DNA of 64,000 nucleotides from Ophelia neglecta (taxonomy: Eukaryota), in assembly GCA_965285935.1 (NCBI GenBank), contig OZ260665.1, positions 30,690,001 to 30,754,000 on the forward strand. Direction: 5' to 3'. Below are positions 25,101 to 36,034 of this stretch, piece after piece. Each line of letters opens with the position of its first letter. Positions within the stretch are counted from its first letter, which is position 1. The position numbers were made by a program, and so were the translations under genes. The notes below the pieces were generated by a model. That model saw only the letters and a program-made list of their open reading frames with translations. It searched no databases and was not told the DNA's origin.

Positions 25101-28009
25101 GCTTCAATGGGAATTTTCTCGGCATACCCTTTCAAAAGGAGGTCCTCGATACCCTGCGTGTACATGTCCCTCAGATTTGAGTCCTTCGCAAGCCTTTTCC
25201 CCAAGAGCTTGAGTCTGTGCTCTGCCATTATACGATTATCGGGAAGGTTTGGGGGTCTTTGCTTGAATGGGATTGTAGTCGTGTAGTGACCATCAACAAG
25301 TTTAGTGTCGTTTTCCCACTGCGACATGACTCGCCTGTCATTGATTGATATAGGCATGTTTTCCCGATTTCCTCCCAGGTCATCGATCTTGAAGAACCTT
25401 TCCACCTGCTGATGAAGGATCCGGTCTACCTGGACGAAGAGAGAGGTGTTATGTTTAGGACCTCTTGAGTCTACAGGTCCATTTAAGGTCCATCCCAGCA
25501 GAGTCTTAGTCGCATATGGTGCACCTGGTTCACCCGTTCTCACTTCACGAGGCATGATCAACTCGTTGTAGTCCTGGCCTATGATAATGTTAACCTCATT
25601 GGCGTCTATTTCTGGGAGCTGCAGATCATTAAGATGTGGCCACTTAGCAAGATCATCACGTCTGACAAGACTGGAGAGACCCACGTTGATCCTTGGCCTA
25701 GTCAGCACATGGTGTAGGGGAAATATATTGGAATCATGAATGTCAGAGATTTCAAGCCTGACAGCAAAGGCATCAACTCGATCATCCTCACACTCCAGAG
25801 TGGTGAGGGATATGGTCTCTCTTCTCTTTGGTGCTGCCAGTCCATCGGCGAGCGCCTCAGAACAGAATGTTTGGTTTGTTCCTGTATCTAACAGGGCATA
25901 GGTGTCGATGTGGGCACGTGAACCTTTAGCTCGCACCCGTACTGGTACAATAGGCAATGCCACCCTCCCAGAGTCACTTCCGGCGAAGTTACAGCTGGCC
26001 TGATGGGTTGCCTGTGGTGTAGATTGTGAATTGGTATTCAACGCCATGCCATGGGAGCCACTAGAACCATGCTGTGACATTTGATTCTGTGGTGTCACTG
26101 CCTGTGATGCCATCTGTGGCGTCATTGCTGCGCGTTGAGGTGTTGTCTGAGGTGTCGTATTTTGCTGAGGTGTTGTCTGTGGTGTCGTATTTTGCTGAGG
26201 TGTTGTCTGTGGTATCGTAGCGAAGTTTTGTACAGGTGGCTTCAGGTGCAGGAAAGAGCTGTGTTTCTTTCCGCAGCCATCAATTTTACACCTCAAATCA
26301 CGTGGACAGTCTCGTCCTATGTGATTTGGGCCAAAACAATTCACACAAAGCCCTTTCTGTTGGACTAGTGCAATTCTGTCCTTGATACTGAGCTGTTTGA
26401 ACTGGGTACAACGAATGACGTAGTGTGAACCCCCACACTTTATGCATGTAGGCGTCCTGTTATTGTTCATCGACGCTCCTCCGTCAGCCGCCTGAGGGGG
26501 AGCGGAAGTTTGTACCGCAAAAGCTCCCTTTCCTCGGGTTCGTTTTCCACTCTGTTTAGGAATAGTTGACCTCTGGTGTCCGACCGCAAGCTTTCCATAG
26601 ACAGAGTCGGACACTTCGTCGGCGATGCTCTCAACAAATCCCACCAAGTCACTCATACGAGGGTGCCGGCCAGATGACTTGATTTCTCGATTTTTTGTTA
26701 GCCACCGCCTCTTACATCTATCAGGGAGTTTTGTTATCATTGTACATAGGTTCTGTTGAGTCTCCAGTTCGTGAAGGTAATTAAGCTGCTGCAGGGTTTT
26801 CATTGCTCCACTAAGTGCATCAGCATACTTGCGGAAATCACCTTCTTTTACTTCAGGATAGTTTTGGATCTTATTTATGAACGCTTGGGCTACCGTGTAT
26901 TTGTCTCCGAAGCGTTTTCTAAGGATTTCCCTGGCATCCCGGTAGGCTACAGAGGGGTCGTGTATTACTTCACATCCTTCGAGGGCTGATCTAGCTTCCC
27001 CATTGCAATATTGAAGCAGGAGTCTCAGCTTACGCCCATCTGGAATCTCTTCATAGTTCACCATAAGGTCAAAGGAGTTAATAAACTTGCAGTAATTCAA
27101 TGGATTGCCATCGAATTCATCGAGCTCAACTGCTGGGGTCTGAGTAGACTGTACCAGAGCCCGAGTTTGAACCTGATTTTCATTTACAGCTTGGCAGAGG
27201 ACTTGAGTGAGTTCGAGCACACTTTGGTTAATCTGTGACTGATCAACCTGGTCCCAGGACCTGCGAGAAGAGGGATAAGGCTTGCTTCCAAGCTGTTTTG
27301 GTGTAGAGGGTCCTCCTTGTCGGAACTCTGGGCTAGACTCTGGGGTAGAAGATATAGGTCCAACAGGTATACTAGGGCTAGTCCCAAAGGGTTTATCTCC
27401 ACGTTCAGGTGTTTTGTCTTTCCAGGACTCCCTTTCTTGCATAGCCTCCATACGGATTCGCTGAGATTCAGCCTCAAGTCGCTTTAGGTCCAGCTGGGCG
27501 TCAATCCCCTGACGTTGTGCCTCTAACTGTTGCAGGTAGCGTTGTTTTTCCAACTCCATTTGTTCTTCGAACCTTTCTCGCTCAAGAGCCCTGGTCGCTC
27601 TGAGCATTTCAATTTCGGCCTTCATTTCTGACAAGAGATCATTACGAGGCAGGTTTGAGTCCTTGGCTGCTTCCTTATCTGCCAGCCAGTCGCTGACCAC
27701 GGCCTGCATTTCTTCAACGTCTTGTATGACAGCTGAGTAATACAGGTCTGATTCTGGCTTGCCATCATCTAACGTGTCATGGTATTCCTTATGAGCGTGC
27801 CGAAATTTAACGAACGCTCCTTCAAGGGCAGAAGATAATTGGTTTACTTGATCAGCATTTGCAAACGTGGGGTCATTCACAAGCTGATTAAGTTTACTGA
27901 TTGTTCGAGTGATGGAACCTTTTGCATAGGCACGTTTGGATTTTAAGTCCTTTTCCTGGTCAGCTTCTGCAGCGTTCTGATTAGCAGCACTGTTCAGGTT
28001 ATCTTCCAT
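22103..28009 (-). CDS. BEL/Pao Gag-Pol polyprotein, 1968 aa from the first ATG
   Basis: Three Gag zinc knuckles (CIKCGGSHYVIRC, CVNCFGPNHIGRDC, CKIDGCGKKHSSFLH), aspartic protease LLDTGT, RT YLPHHPV...FYVDD, RNase H HHFADASERAYG, integrase HH-CC plus GLDFFG/SDNG/VWERM, and a BEL-typical C-terminal RRRWRQVQ..WVKEYL domain. The track's 28096 start is a non-ATG codon inside the LTR. Confidence 0.97.
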   Translation of the reverse strand: MEDNLNSAANQNAAEADQEKDLKSKRAYAKGSITRTISKLNQLVNDPTFANADQVNQLSSALEGAFVKFRHAHKEYHDTLDDGKPESDLYYSAVIQDVEEMQAVVSDWLADKEAAKDSNLPRNDLLSEMKAEIEMLRATRALERERFEEQMELEKQRYLQQLEAQRQGIDAQLDLKRLEAESQRIRMEAMQERESWKDKTPERGDKPFGTSPSIPVGPISSTPESSPEFRQGGPSTPKQLGSKPYPSSRRSWDQVDQSQINQSVLELTQVLCQAVNENQVQTRALVQSTQTPAVELDEFDGNPLNYCKFINSFDLMVNYEEIPDGRKLRLLLQYCNGEARSALEGCEVIHDPSVAYRDAREILRKRFGDKYTVAQAFINKIQNYPEVKEGDFRKYADALSGAMKTLQQLNYLHELETQQNLCTMITKLPDRCKRRWLTKNREIKSSGRHPRMSDLVGFVESIADEVSDSVYGKLAVGHQRSTIPKQSGKRTRGKGAFAVQTSAPPQAADGGASMNNNRTPTCIKCGGSHYVIRCTQFKQLSIKDRIALVQQKGLCVNCFGPNHIGRDCPRDLRCKIDGCGKKHSSFLHLKPPVQNFATIPQTTPQQNTTPQTTPQQNTTPQTTPQRAAMTPQMASQAVTPQNQMSQHGSSGSHGMALNTNSQSTPQATHQASCNFAGSDSGRVALPIVPVRVRAKGSRAHIDTYALLDTGTNQTFCSEALADGLAAPKRRETISLTTLECEDDRVDAFAVRLEISDIHDSNIFPLHHVLTRPRINVGLSSLVRRDDLAKWPHLNDLQLPEIDANEVNIIIGQDYNELIMPREVRTGEPGAPYATKTLLGWTLNGPVDSRGPKHNTSLFVQVDRILHQQVERFFKIDDLGGNRENMPISINDRRVMSQWENDTKLVDGHYTTTIPFKQRPPNLPDNRIMAEHRLKLLGKRLAKDSNLRDMYTQGIEDLLLKGYAEKIPIEAIDHSDGNIWYLPHHPVIHPRKPDKIRIVFDCAAKYRGVSLNDTILQGPDLNNKLVGVLIRFRQEAVALMADIEGMFHQIRVDTKDRDVLRFLWWEENDTTRDTIAYRMTAHLFGGVWSPSCAGFALRRCASDNQHQFDKAAVDTVGKNFYVDDCLKSVPSEDAAIRLVHQLCDLLKRGGFRLTKWLSNSRAVLRQIPEADHSKVMASVDLEQNSLPSDRALGVLWRVESDVFGFDVKVTHKPYTKRGLLSLMSSIYDPLGFASPLILRAKMLFQELCRRNCGWDEPMPEDICILWQCWVGKLPEVAQLAIPRCLKPLGFIVKEVQIHHFADASERAYGAVSYMRLISPEDSVHVAFLVSKAKLAPMKKTTIPRLELAAAVEAVKLDQMLRNELETPVTKSTFWTDSMIVLWYIQNQDKRYQTFVANRVAFICEITEPHQWRHVNSVNNPADDASRGLSVEELVQSSRWLNGPAYLWTNEESSSWPNKADLGMTKYDNTAEIKRGAQIYNTIVQPTPTNRLLCYFSSWHRLRRAVAWLLRWKQILQRNITITTPLRVSEVKTAELAILAYIQKGNLDCSPKGQCSKLAPIQFLGEEVWRVGGRLKNAPLPIDAQHPIILPAHHHVTKLIVQDVHGKTGHGGKGRVLSEIRQRYWILKGGAVVRAVLAKCIPCRKAKAAVQAQIMADLPKDRVTPGSPPFTFVGLDFFGPILVKRGRSEAKRYGCLFTCLTTRAIHLEVSVSLETDTFINCLQRFIARRGQPHEIRSDNGTNFVGGLAELCKALHDWDKAKIDNKLQRQDIQWIFNPPGASHMGGVWERMIRTVRAILNSLLKEQQLDDDGLHTLFCCVEGIVNGRPITKISDDPKDPTPLTPNHLLLLRAGPTLPPGVFAKHDLYRRRWRQVQYLADIFRTRWVKEYLPLLQERQRWTNPQRNLQEGDLVLVKHENTPRHRWPLGLVTSVYPGSDGLVRSVQLRMNNALYDRPMSKLCLLEMSKGSDVK

Positions 28010-28044
28010 TGTGGAGTTCTGTATTGATGCCGTATTCAAACTAA

Positions 28045-29340
28045 TGTAGTGGACCCAGCTACTTTGCCTATGGTGTCTTCTTTGCCATAAATTCAAAACG
28101 CGTGTGTTTGTATGGTTTTATTTGAATGGTGAAGGTTTACACGGTTTGAACTGAAATAAAATAAAAAATAAACACAACTTAACAATTAAGACAAAATTCT
28201 ACAATCACACATAAATATTGAGATCAGAAGGTTAATGACAAATTTTGCAAACAATTTAGAGAAACAATTAGACCTGAAATTGGGGTAATGAAAACACAAA
28301 TTTGGAATAGTAACAAAGGAACCGTAGAACAAAGGGGTATGTGAACAAATACATATATGGAATAGAGCTAACACTAGAAAAGTCACTAAACTTGACCAGA
28401 AGGAACATATCTACACTCACAAAACAACTAAAATAGGATTACAATATACTCAGAGGCAAGATACATATAATTTATGTAAGCAAACCTAGAATAACCTAGA
28501 ATAATACACTATGATTATATGAACAACACATATAGTTATATATATAATAACTATAATTACTGCAGTCACTAAGAAATTAATGCACAAAACTTAGTTAACC
28601 ACTACACCGTATATAAGATATAGGCAGAAACAGGGAGATAGGACAAACTGTGCTAAACACACTAATAGGACTGGCCTACAGAATAGCCAAACAAGTTAAT
28701 TAAGGTCACTGGCTTAAGAAGCCAGCTACATACACGGTACAGTGTTAAGGGGGCTAGGCCCACCCAGGCACATGGCTAACAGATGCTATAATATACAAAG
28801 GATAGAACTGACTACTGCCTTAAACACACATATTAAGCCTTTTAAAACATAAACTGAAATAGTTATAACTAAAGGCGTAGGAAAAAAATACCATCCATGT
28901 ATAGTACATGTGATGATCAGAAGTAATTGACAGTTATTACAGACTAAGGCAATAACACATGTGTGCAGATGGGCATTAAATACAAGGCAAAAACACTAAA
29001 ACCTTAAATTGGCCAGAAAATACAGCCATTAAAATTCTAGCCTTATAAAACGTCAACAATAATAACATTAAGATGTACTCACTACGCTGGCAGGAAAAAA
29101 TAGTGATGAATGGTCCAAGATGTAGTAAATCTAAAATTATTCAGGGAGCAAAGAAAAAACGGTGTCCAGGACTAGAGCTCCTAAAGACAAGCCTGCCGGA
29201 AGCCCTATCAAATTACAAGCTAATTAATTGAAGTGGGGAGCGGCTAGAAATATGTGGCTATCATGTACATAAACACACATGTACATGCAAACTAAACATG
29301 AATAAAACAAAAACAAAAATAAGGAATTTGGTCAGTTACA
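28045..29340 (-). repeat. 5' LTR of the BEL/Pao element
   Basis: Direct repeat of 20687-21982; sense-strand AATAAA at 28117-28122. Confidence 0.97.
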
Positions 29341-32300
29341 CCCTATTTATAGCAAATTAACACCTCTCCTATCCTGACACCCTTTTCCTTTTTCATCACG
29401 CCACTTCCAACACTTTCACTCCTCTTTTCCTGCCGTATGTCGGACCCTTGTACCAGTTACCAGGTGTTTCCTGTCCACTCTCTTACCCACAAAAGCCAGC
29501 TTTATATATTCGGAGAATGTCTGTTTTTTCTTTCGTGTCTTGTGCATGGGCTGATGATGTGTTTTCTCGATGTTGCTTGCAATAAATTTCCAAATAAATC
29601 ATTGTACCGTAAAATTTCTCTTTTAAACTCAAGGTGCGCCCTACGAAAAAGGTGAAACTTTCAATATTTATAGCTGGTTATTTGTAACTTAGTCACTTGT
29701 ATGTTTAATATAACTCATACCCCTTCAGCGGAAACATAACTATGTTTTTGGCAGCTGTAATTTGCCTTGAAGGCAAAAGTTAAAAATTTCTGAAATGTTC
29801 AAAGCCTGCGATATAATATTCGATATATATTTGAACGATAGTCACCAGAAAAAGGCTTTGTGTTAACAGCGAAAGCAAACGAAGCACAATAATCTATACT
29901 ATCTGTCATTTTATAACCCAACCTTTACCCAAACATCTCGGATTTGTTCTTGATACGAGGGGGTAAGGGTAGGGTATTTTTGTGATCATCTAGCTCATTT
30001 TAAGAGGCCCAGCTGCTTTCGCCGCAACTTTCACTATCGCTTATTAACACAGAGCCCCATGCAGGAAAAGAATCAGCTGCTGTGGACAAGCCAGTGCTGG
30101 GACGTCTGCTTTGCGAGGAGATGGGCTGGGGTGCATGAGGAGCGGAAACAACATGTGAAAAAATTGAGGAGGGAAGAGACAATATAACGAGGAAAATCCG
30201 AATGCGGGAAAGGGAGGGGGGGGGGGACCAGCCACTTTAATATATGTACATAGCCATATCGCATTTTCGAAACTGCTAAACCAGTCTGCATCTCCCGTGT
30301 TCCGATCGCCATGCTTCTGCTATTGCTGGGTGTGTGTTCATTATGTAAACATGAATGGAGCATGTCATGGGACAAGCTTTTTGAGTTTGTTGCTAGCCAA
30401 CCCCTCTTGCCGCCCTCTATAATGGTAATATACGCTATCCTTTCTGGGACTGGGTCCGAGCATACGGAGGTAAGGGCGCCAGTTAACCCACTTGAGTCGC
30501 ATCACCAAATAGGTTACAGCCGGCGTCTCATATGTGTGCTAAGACGCCGAAAACGGAAGAGAGGGGATATCATATGATTGAGGCACATACACAGTAATAT
30601 ATAATAAAATGATGTTCCCGTGTCTATACAGTCTAGACTGGCGGAGTATAGCCTACCAGCTAATCGTATATTCACAAGCTATACCACTAAGCAATGATTC
30701 TTCTTGTGTTAAAAACAGTTCCATGCCTTCTCTTTTAATCAGATTGACAATATCTGTACTCTGCCGAAGGTTTTTGCAACCCTCTGGTGACATAAGTGAT
30801 GCCGGAAGCCGAGTTCCAGATGAGTGCCGACTGACCTTGATGGCGATATCATCGCAACCTCAGAGAAACAAAAAATATTTATGGTGCCGAACGGGTTGTC
30901 AAGAGTGTAATAAGGAGAGTTATAAAACTGTCATCAGAGGCGTCCCTGGCGTGAATGCAAATCATGTGAATACCAGCGCCTGACCCTCTGAGTATATTTT
31001 TCCCAATAATGTGCATTGCTGAGATAAGACAGGCGAAGGATAAAATGCTCCCCTCCTCACGTAGGCCTATATAGGCTATTCAAGTACGAATTCGGGGCTA
31101 GTGCTGCTGGCGGCTTCTATCGCACCATCTTGGCATCTTATCGAAGAAAGCCTCGAGGGTAAGTCAATTGGCGCAAATTCCCAAACACTTCAACACCTCC
31201 TGGGTAAATATCAATGACGTCTCGGCGGAAATGTGGTTTAGTCCAGTGAAGCATTACCAATGCACCTGTGCCCATGGCACAATGTGCTTTCGTGTCCGCC
31301 AGGCTTGTCATTAAAAGCAGCGGGCAGTTAAAGACGGATGGCACCTTATTGATGGCCACTTGTCAGATAGTCCTTGTACTGTTCAGTTGTCTACAATATT
31401 CATCGGCCCCGTGGCAGATTGGCCCGTGGCGCCCTTGTCACTCGATTACAGCTCGTTCCTGCTGTCATGAGTGGCGTCACGAATGGCCCTCGTGAAGACA
31501 CACATAGGCGACAGGGCGACACTGCCGTTAAATAAGTCATACATAACAAGCAGGTCGGACATTTTCTTCTACACAAATTGATTCTTTAATTAATAACGAA
31601 CATATTTCAGTGAATTAAAATGAACCAATTATTAAAGCCAACAACTTGAAATTCTCCTTAAGCCACAAGACTGCCTGTGTCATTGATTCAGTAAAGTGAA
31701 CAGTCAAAGCTACTCCGTGGCTAATTGCATCGCTGACTTAAGAGTTGAATTATTTATTTAATTGAATCAATATTTCCTCTTTTTCAGCCGAAATTCGCAT
31801 TTGCTGGTGTTGTTCCGACAATCCCAGATTTTTCACTAAAACAACACCGTCTCCATGTGGAAATTGTTAAGTTTTTCCACACAGCGACATTAACTCCCCT
31901 CTATTATTTATAGCGCAGAGAAGAGTGTTTTATTAGGATGCAACAGTAGTTATCGGAGAGACCCAGGGCGCCTTTAAAGCTGTAGTTTCTCTCATCCATC
32001 ACTGTCCTCTTACCTGTCACCTGCCGACTGAACACACTGTGCAATTATTCTCACCAGTCTTACTGGACGCACCGCCAAACCGACCCATTTCATTCTTCAT
32101 CCGTCGGTTGTCTTTTAGGGAAATTAGCCCTCGCCGGTACATCATAAAACTATACGCCGTGACAATAGAAGTGGTAAAAGCCCATCATTTTTCAACGCGT
32201 CAATTCACTTCATTGACTGTACAATTAAAGAATAGCTCAGATTCCATTTAAAAAAAAATACAAGATCAGAACGTTTTTATGACCTTCTCTTCAGTTGCTT

Positions 32301-35300
32301 TATCCGAAAATTGTTTTCAGATTTGGCTCATTGTGTTTTTTCTGCAAGGTCGAACATTTAAGTGTCAGTTTTTTCACATGCCTCCACATGAGGGCATTCA
32401 ACTGGTAGAATCTCGTTTCAGCCGATCTTGTTGGCATTTTGCTCGTTGCCTTAATCTTGAGGTTAAACGCCACGCCTTTGTAATGTTTGCTAGGATAGAA
32501 GAGCTCATCTGTTTATAAGGCTCCGGTTTCTAGTCACGGACGGAGCCTTGAATTAAGGTAAAAAAGGCCCAGCTGACGGTCTTAGTATGGGAAGGGACAC
32601 GGTGGTCTCCCATACCTTCCCTATGAGCGTTACCCTCTTTCTTAAACTAAGGGAGGTATGGCTTTTCTCCCCAGGGAGGCAGGTTGATCTTTGTCTCCCT
32701 TGACCACGCTGCCTGTCATACTTCAGGGATTCTGATGCTACAATGAATTTAAGGTCTACATCAAGTTGCGTGCTCTTTTCTAGGAATTGGGTGCATGGGA
32801 CACTATATAGTGCCATTGCACAAGGTGTGGAAAAAAGATTTATGTTAAATTGTATGTGGCAGATTTTGGTTGTTGAACTTACAGAGCCCTTGGGAGATGG
32901 TGTTAGTAGGGATTTCTGTATATAAACCACGCCCAATTCACTAAATTTACATTACATTTAACAGACAACTGCAGTTTTAGAGAAGAAGCTTGTACTTGGT
33001 TCTTTGATCGATGCTTCCAAGCTTACTACACTCAGACAGATTTATATACAAAGCCACCCTGAACGCACTCTCTACTTGTACACTTGCTTTGCATCAGTAG
33101 CAAAATAACTGTTACAGTTGATAATGCCAAGATGTGTTGATTTTTTATTGTTTCTTCCCTAAGTTCTTCAGATTAAATATTATTAGTACAACCTAGAATG
33201 CATTCGATCACATATATGTATATGACATTGCACTTGTTCTTGGGATCACTGGAATATTCACCAGACTTTCAACTTTGATGTGGTTAATCAGAGATCACCT
33301 ACCCCTTTTGGCAGACGACACCGCGTTTGTCAACCCCCTATCCCTTCATCAGTATTCCAAGGACTGCTAGGTACTACTTTAAGTAGTTCTGTTGTTTTTA
33401 ATGCTTGCTTGGATCCATCCAAGGAGATTGATAACGTTTAAGTAACATCTTCAATGCTCGTTAGCATCTCATTTGAAACTTACAGCTCTTAAACCTGAAG
33501 TCCAGGGGGATACTTTATCATTGTCATATTGGTTTGTCGGTTTCGGTCATCCGGCTGGGCACCAGTGGCAGCAGCATGATCGCTCCGCCAGCGATGGTTC
33601 TGGGGCCAATTTGCCGCTTAAGCGCTCTTCTAAATTAAGGAAGCTCTTTGTCAGAGTCAAGTACGGTCATTGTCGCATTGCAACTATTTACTAACGGTAG
33701 TGGCCAGTCGAAGGTCAATAGTTCCGTTTAGCTAGAGTTTCGGGGTCATAGTGGACATTTTCCGCAATATGAAGGTGTAATTATATCTAATTGACCTTGG
33801 CCTATTGCTCCGGTTGTCTTGTTTCAATCTATAACACGCAAGTGGTGTTTCCTGGAGCTTCACACGGGCCTAACTTTCTGGGCTTTCTGGAAACTCATGC
33901 GTCGAATGTCGCCAAGAAAAATGACAAAACCAGATTACACGGAGGTGTATGGACAGTCATTTACGTCTTTAGTACACGACAAGGAAATAAATGAAAAAAG
34001 AAGTATACTGCTCGTAAGAACCTATCCGCAAATACATTGATAATGAGGAAAACATAGAAATCTACAAAGAGAACATGTCGTCGCTCCTGTGATAGAAAAT
34101 ACGCTGTGGTTTCTCGCCTAAGATTAAAAACAATACATAAATATGACCAAGATGAATGCAAGGCCATGCTTCATAAAAGGACTGGACGGGACTGACAAGG
34201 AATAGCATGAAGTTGTCTATATGTACCACTCCCAGTTCTGATTGTTAATAGCTGATTGCATGCTAATGTAAATATGCCAACTGATGTCCTTTTTGGTTGG
34301 CGAGATTCTTTCACACAAAGTTCTGTTGTTTAGAGAAAGCTCTGTCGAGCAGTCTAATTTGCGATAATGACTTGAAGTATCCCAAACGCCGTGGCGGGTA
34401 TATCTTTCTCCGAAATACCCGTGGGGTCGATTCTACTATCATTCACTGCTATATTTCGGTCTTTTTTCATGTAAAGAATCCCATTGATAGTTCCTCTTCT
34501 GGAGTCCTGCTGAATGAGATATGAAATATGACCGATCTATAGGGTCCCCCGAGCTCACTCCAAAAGGAAAGAACATTTCAATGACAGCATTATATTATCA
34601 GGGTGTACACAATGTAACCTTCTAGCCTATCGACAAACTCTTTGAATCAATACAAGTTCACAAGACCATCTAGGCCCAGACTCTCTGATTAGTGATGTAG
34701 CAATGAGATTTAATATATAATTATGCTATGTTTCGTCCATTTTTGTGGATTTTATTCATACATGAAACAGTAATTCTTGCTAATCTCAGAGTGACCACAC
34801 AGTGATACTGTCTCTGACATTCATACGCCCCACCCCCACCCCCACCCCCCTCATTCATGGTTAGCGTAGGTATAGGGTATCTATACTACGGTTCTCTTTC
34901 ATAACATTAGATTGGCCTATTGAAAAGGGCTATTAATGTGTTCCAGAAAACAAATTGAACTCAATCTTCTCTTCTGTACCTCTTTTGTATCATTGAACTT
35001 ATTAACTTAACACCTATGAAAAACAGTGTAAGTTGATAGGGCTCTCCAGTTTGAAGAATTTTGATAAATATATAACTAAAAACTTAATCTAGAAAACTTT
35101 TGTAGGTGTCTCGAGTCATTTTTACATGAAAAAGAGCCATGACAATAGGCCCGATATTATAGGCATATTTCGGTATTATGAATGATAATAGCCCGTCTTT
35201 ACCATCAGTATCGGCCGTAGACAGCCGCCAACGAATCTCGTTTATTTCCTTATAGGAACTACAGCATTTACGAGCTTCAATTATTTGTGTACATTTGCTG

Positions 35301-35913
35301 ACCAAATTTACAGTGATACACAAGCCTTGCAAGCGCTGATATTAGTTCGTCTCGGGAATATGGGCGAAATGGTACCTCGCCACCGCTCGTATATATTTAT
35401 TCCCGAGATTACTGACGAGAACGAGTCTTATAAGCTCTTGTTTTTTTTGTCTAGAGATTACCAGTGAATACGGCCCATGGAGGAGCTGGTTTATTTATTC
35501 TCGGGATTACGGATGAATGCGAACACTTTCAGTGCTCGTATATGCCATGTTTAGTTTACGCTAGAATAGGAGAGCGTAATACGGCCGCATGTTTCAGATA
35601 CACTATGCTTGTTAATCTAAAACGTAGAAATACGGACGGCATACGTGATCGCATGTTCTGTTATAGGCCTGGAAATAAACGAGAAAACTAATCCTTGTAA
35701 ATGCTCAACCTATGGATACTGGGCGCATACGATATCGTGTTCTCTGTATAGTTCGCATTCGACTTTTTTTATTCACGTTTACGTTGTTTGCTTACGGAAA
35801 ATTCGGTGTCCGGTGAATGCCCCTCGTTTTCCCCCTTGACCAAGCACCACAACCCTTAAATATATGTATTTTGGAAGGGGAGGCGGGGGGGGGGGTGCTA
35901 CGAACTTTCTTTT

Positions 35914-36034
35914 TACTCTACTCTACTCTACTCTACTATACTATACTCTACTCTACTCTTCTCTACTCTACTCCACGCCACGCCACTTCACTTCACTCCA
36001 CTCCACTCCACTCTACTCTACTCTACTCTACTCT
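35914..36034. repeat. Pentanucleotide microsatellite (CTCTA/CTATA/CTCCA)n
   Basis: Directly visible run of 5-mers; accounts for the YSTLL/HSTPL ORFs. Confidence 0.95.

Larger units (their letters stand above)
20687..29340 (-). mobile_element. Full-length BEL/Pao LTR retrotransposon (8654 bp)
   Basis: Two 1296-bp direct repeats with TG...CA ends; 5-bp TSD CCCTA at 20682-20686 and 29341-29345; PPT next to the 3' LTR; one uninterrupted Gag-PR-RT-RH-IN ORF with BEL-type motifs. Confidence 0.98.

Noticed and set aside
22187-27464. Many plus-strand ORFs overlapping the BEL polyprotein
   Set aside because: Antisense shadows of a long coding frame; no independent motifs and no env-like gene.
28010-28096. 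29-codon N-terminal extension of the BEL ORF shown in the track
   Set aside because: Starts at a non-ATG codon inside the LTR; the first ATG is at 28009.
32550-33700. Possible DIRS/Ngaro-type retroelement relic (GPF-like motif, minus strand)
   Set aside because: Too little motif evidence to support a call.
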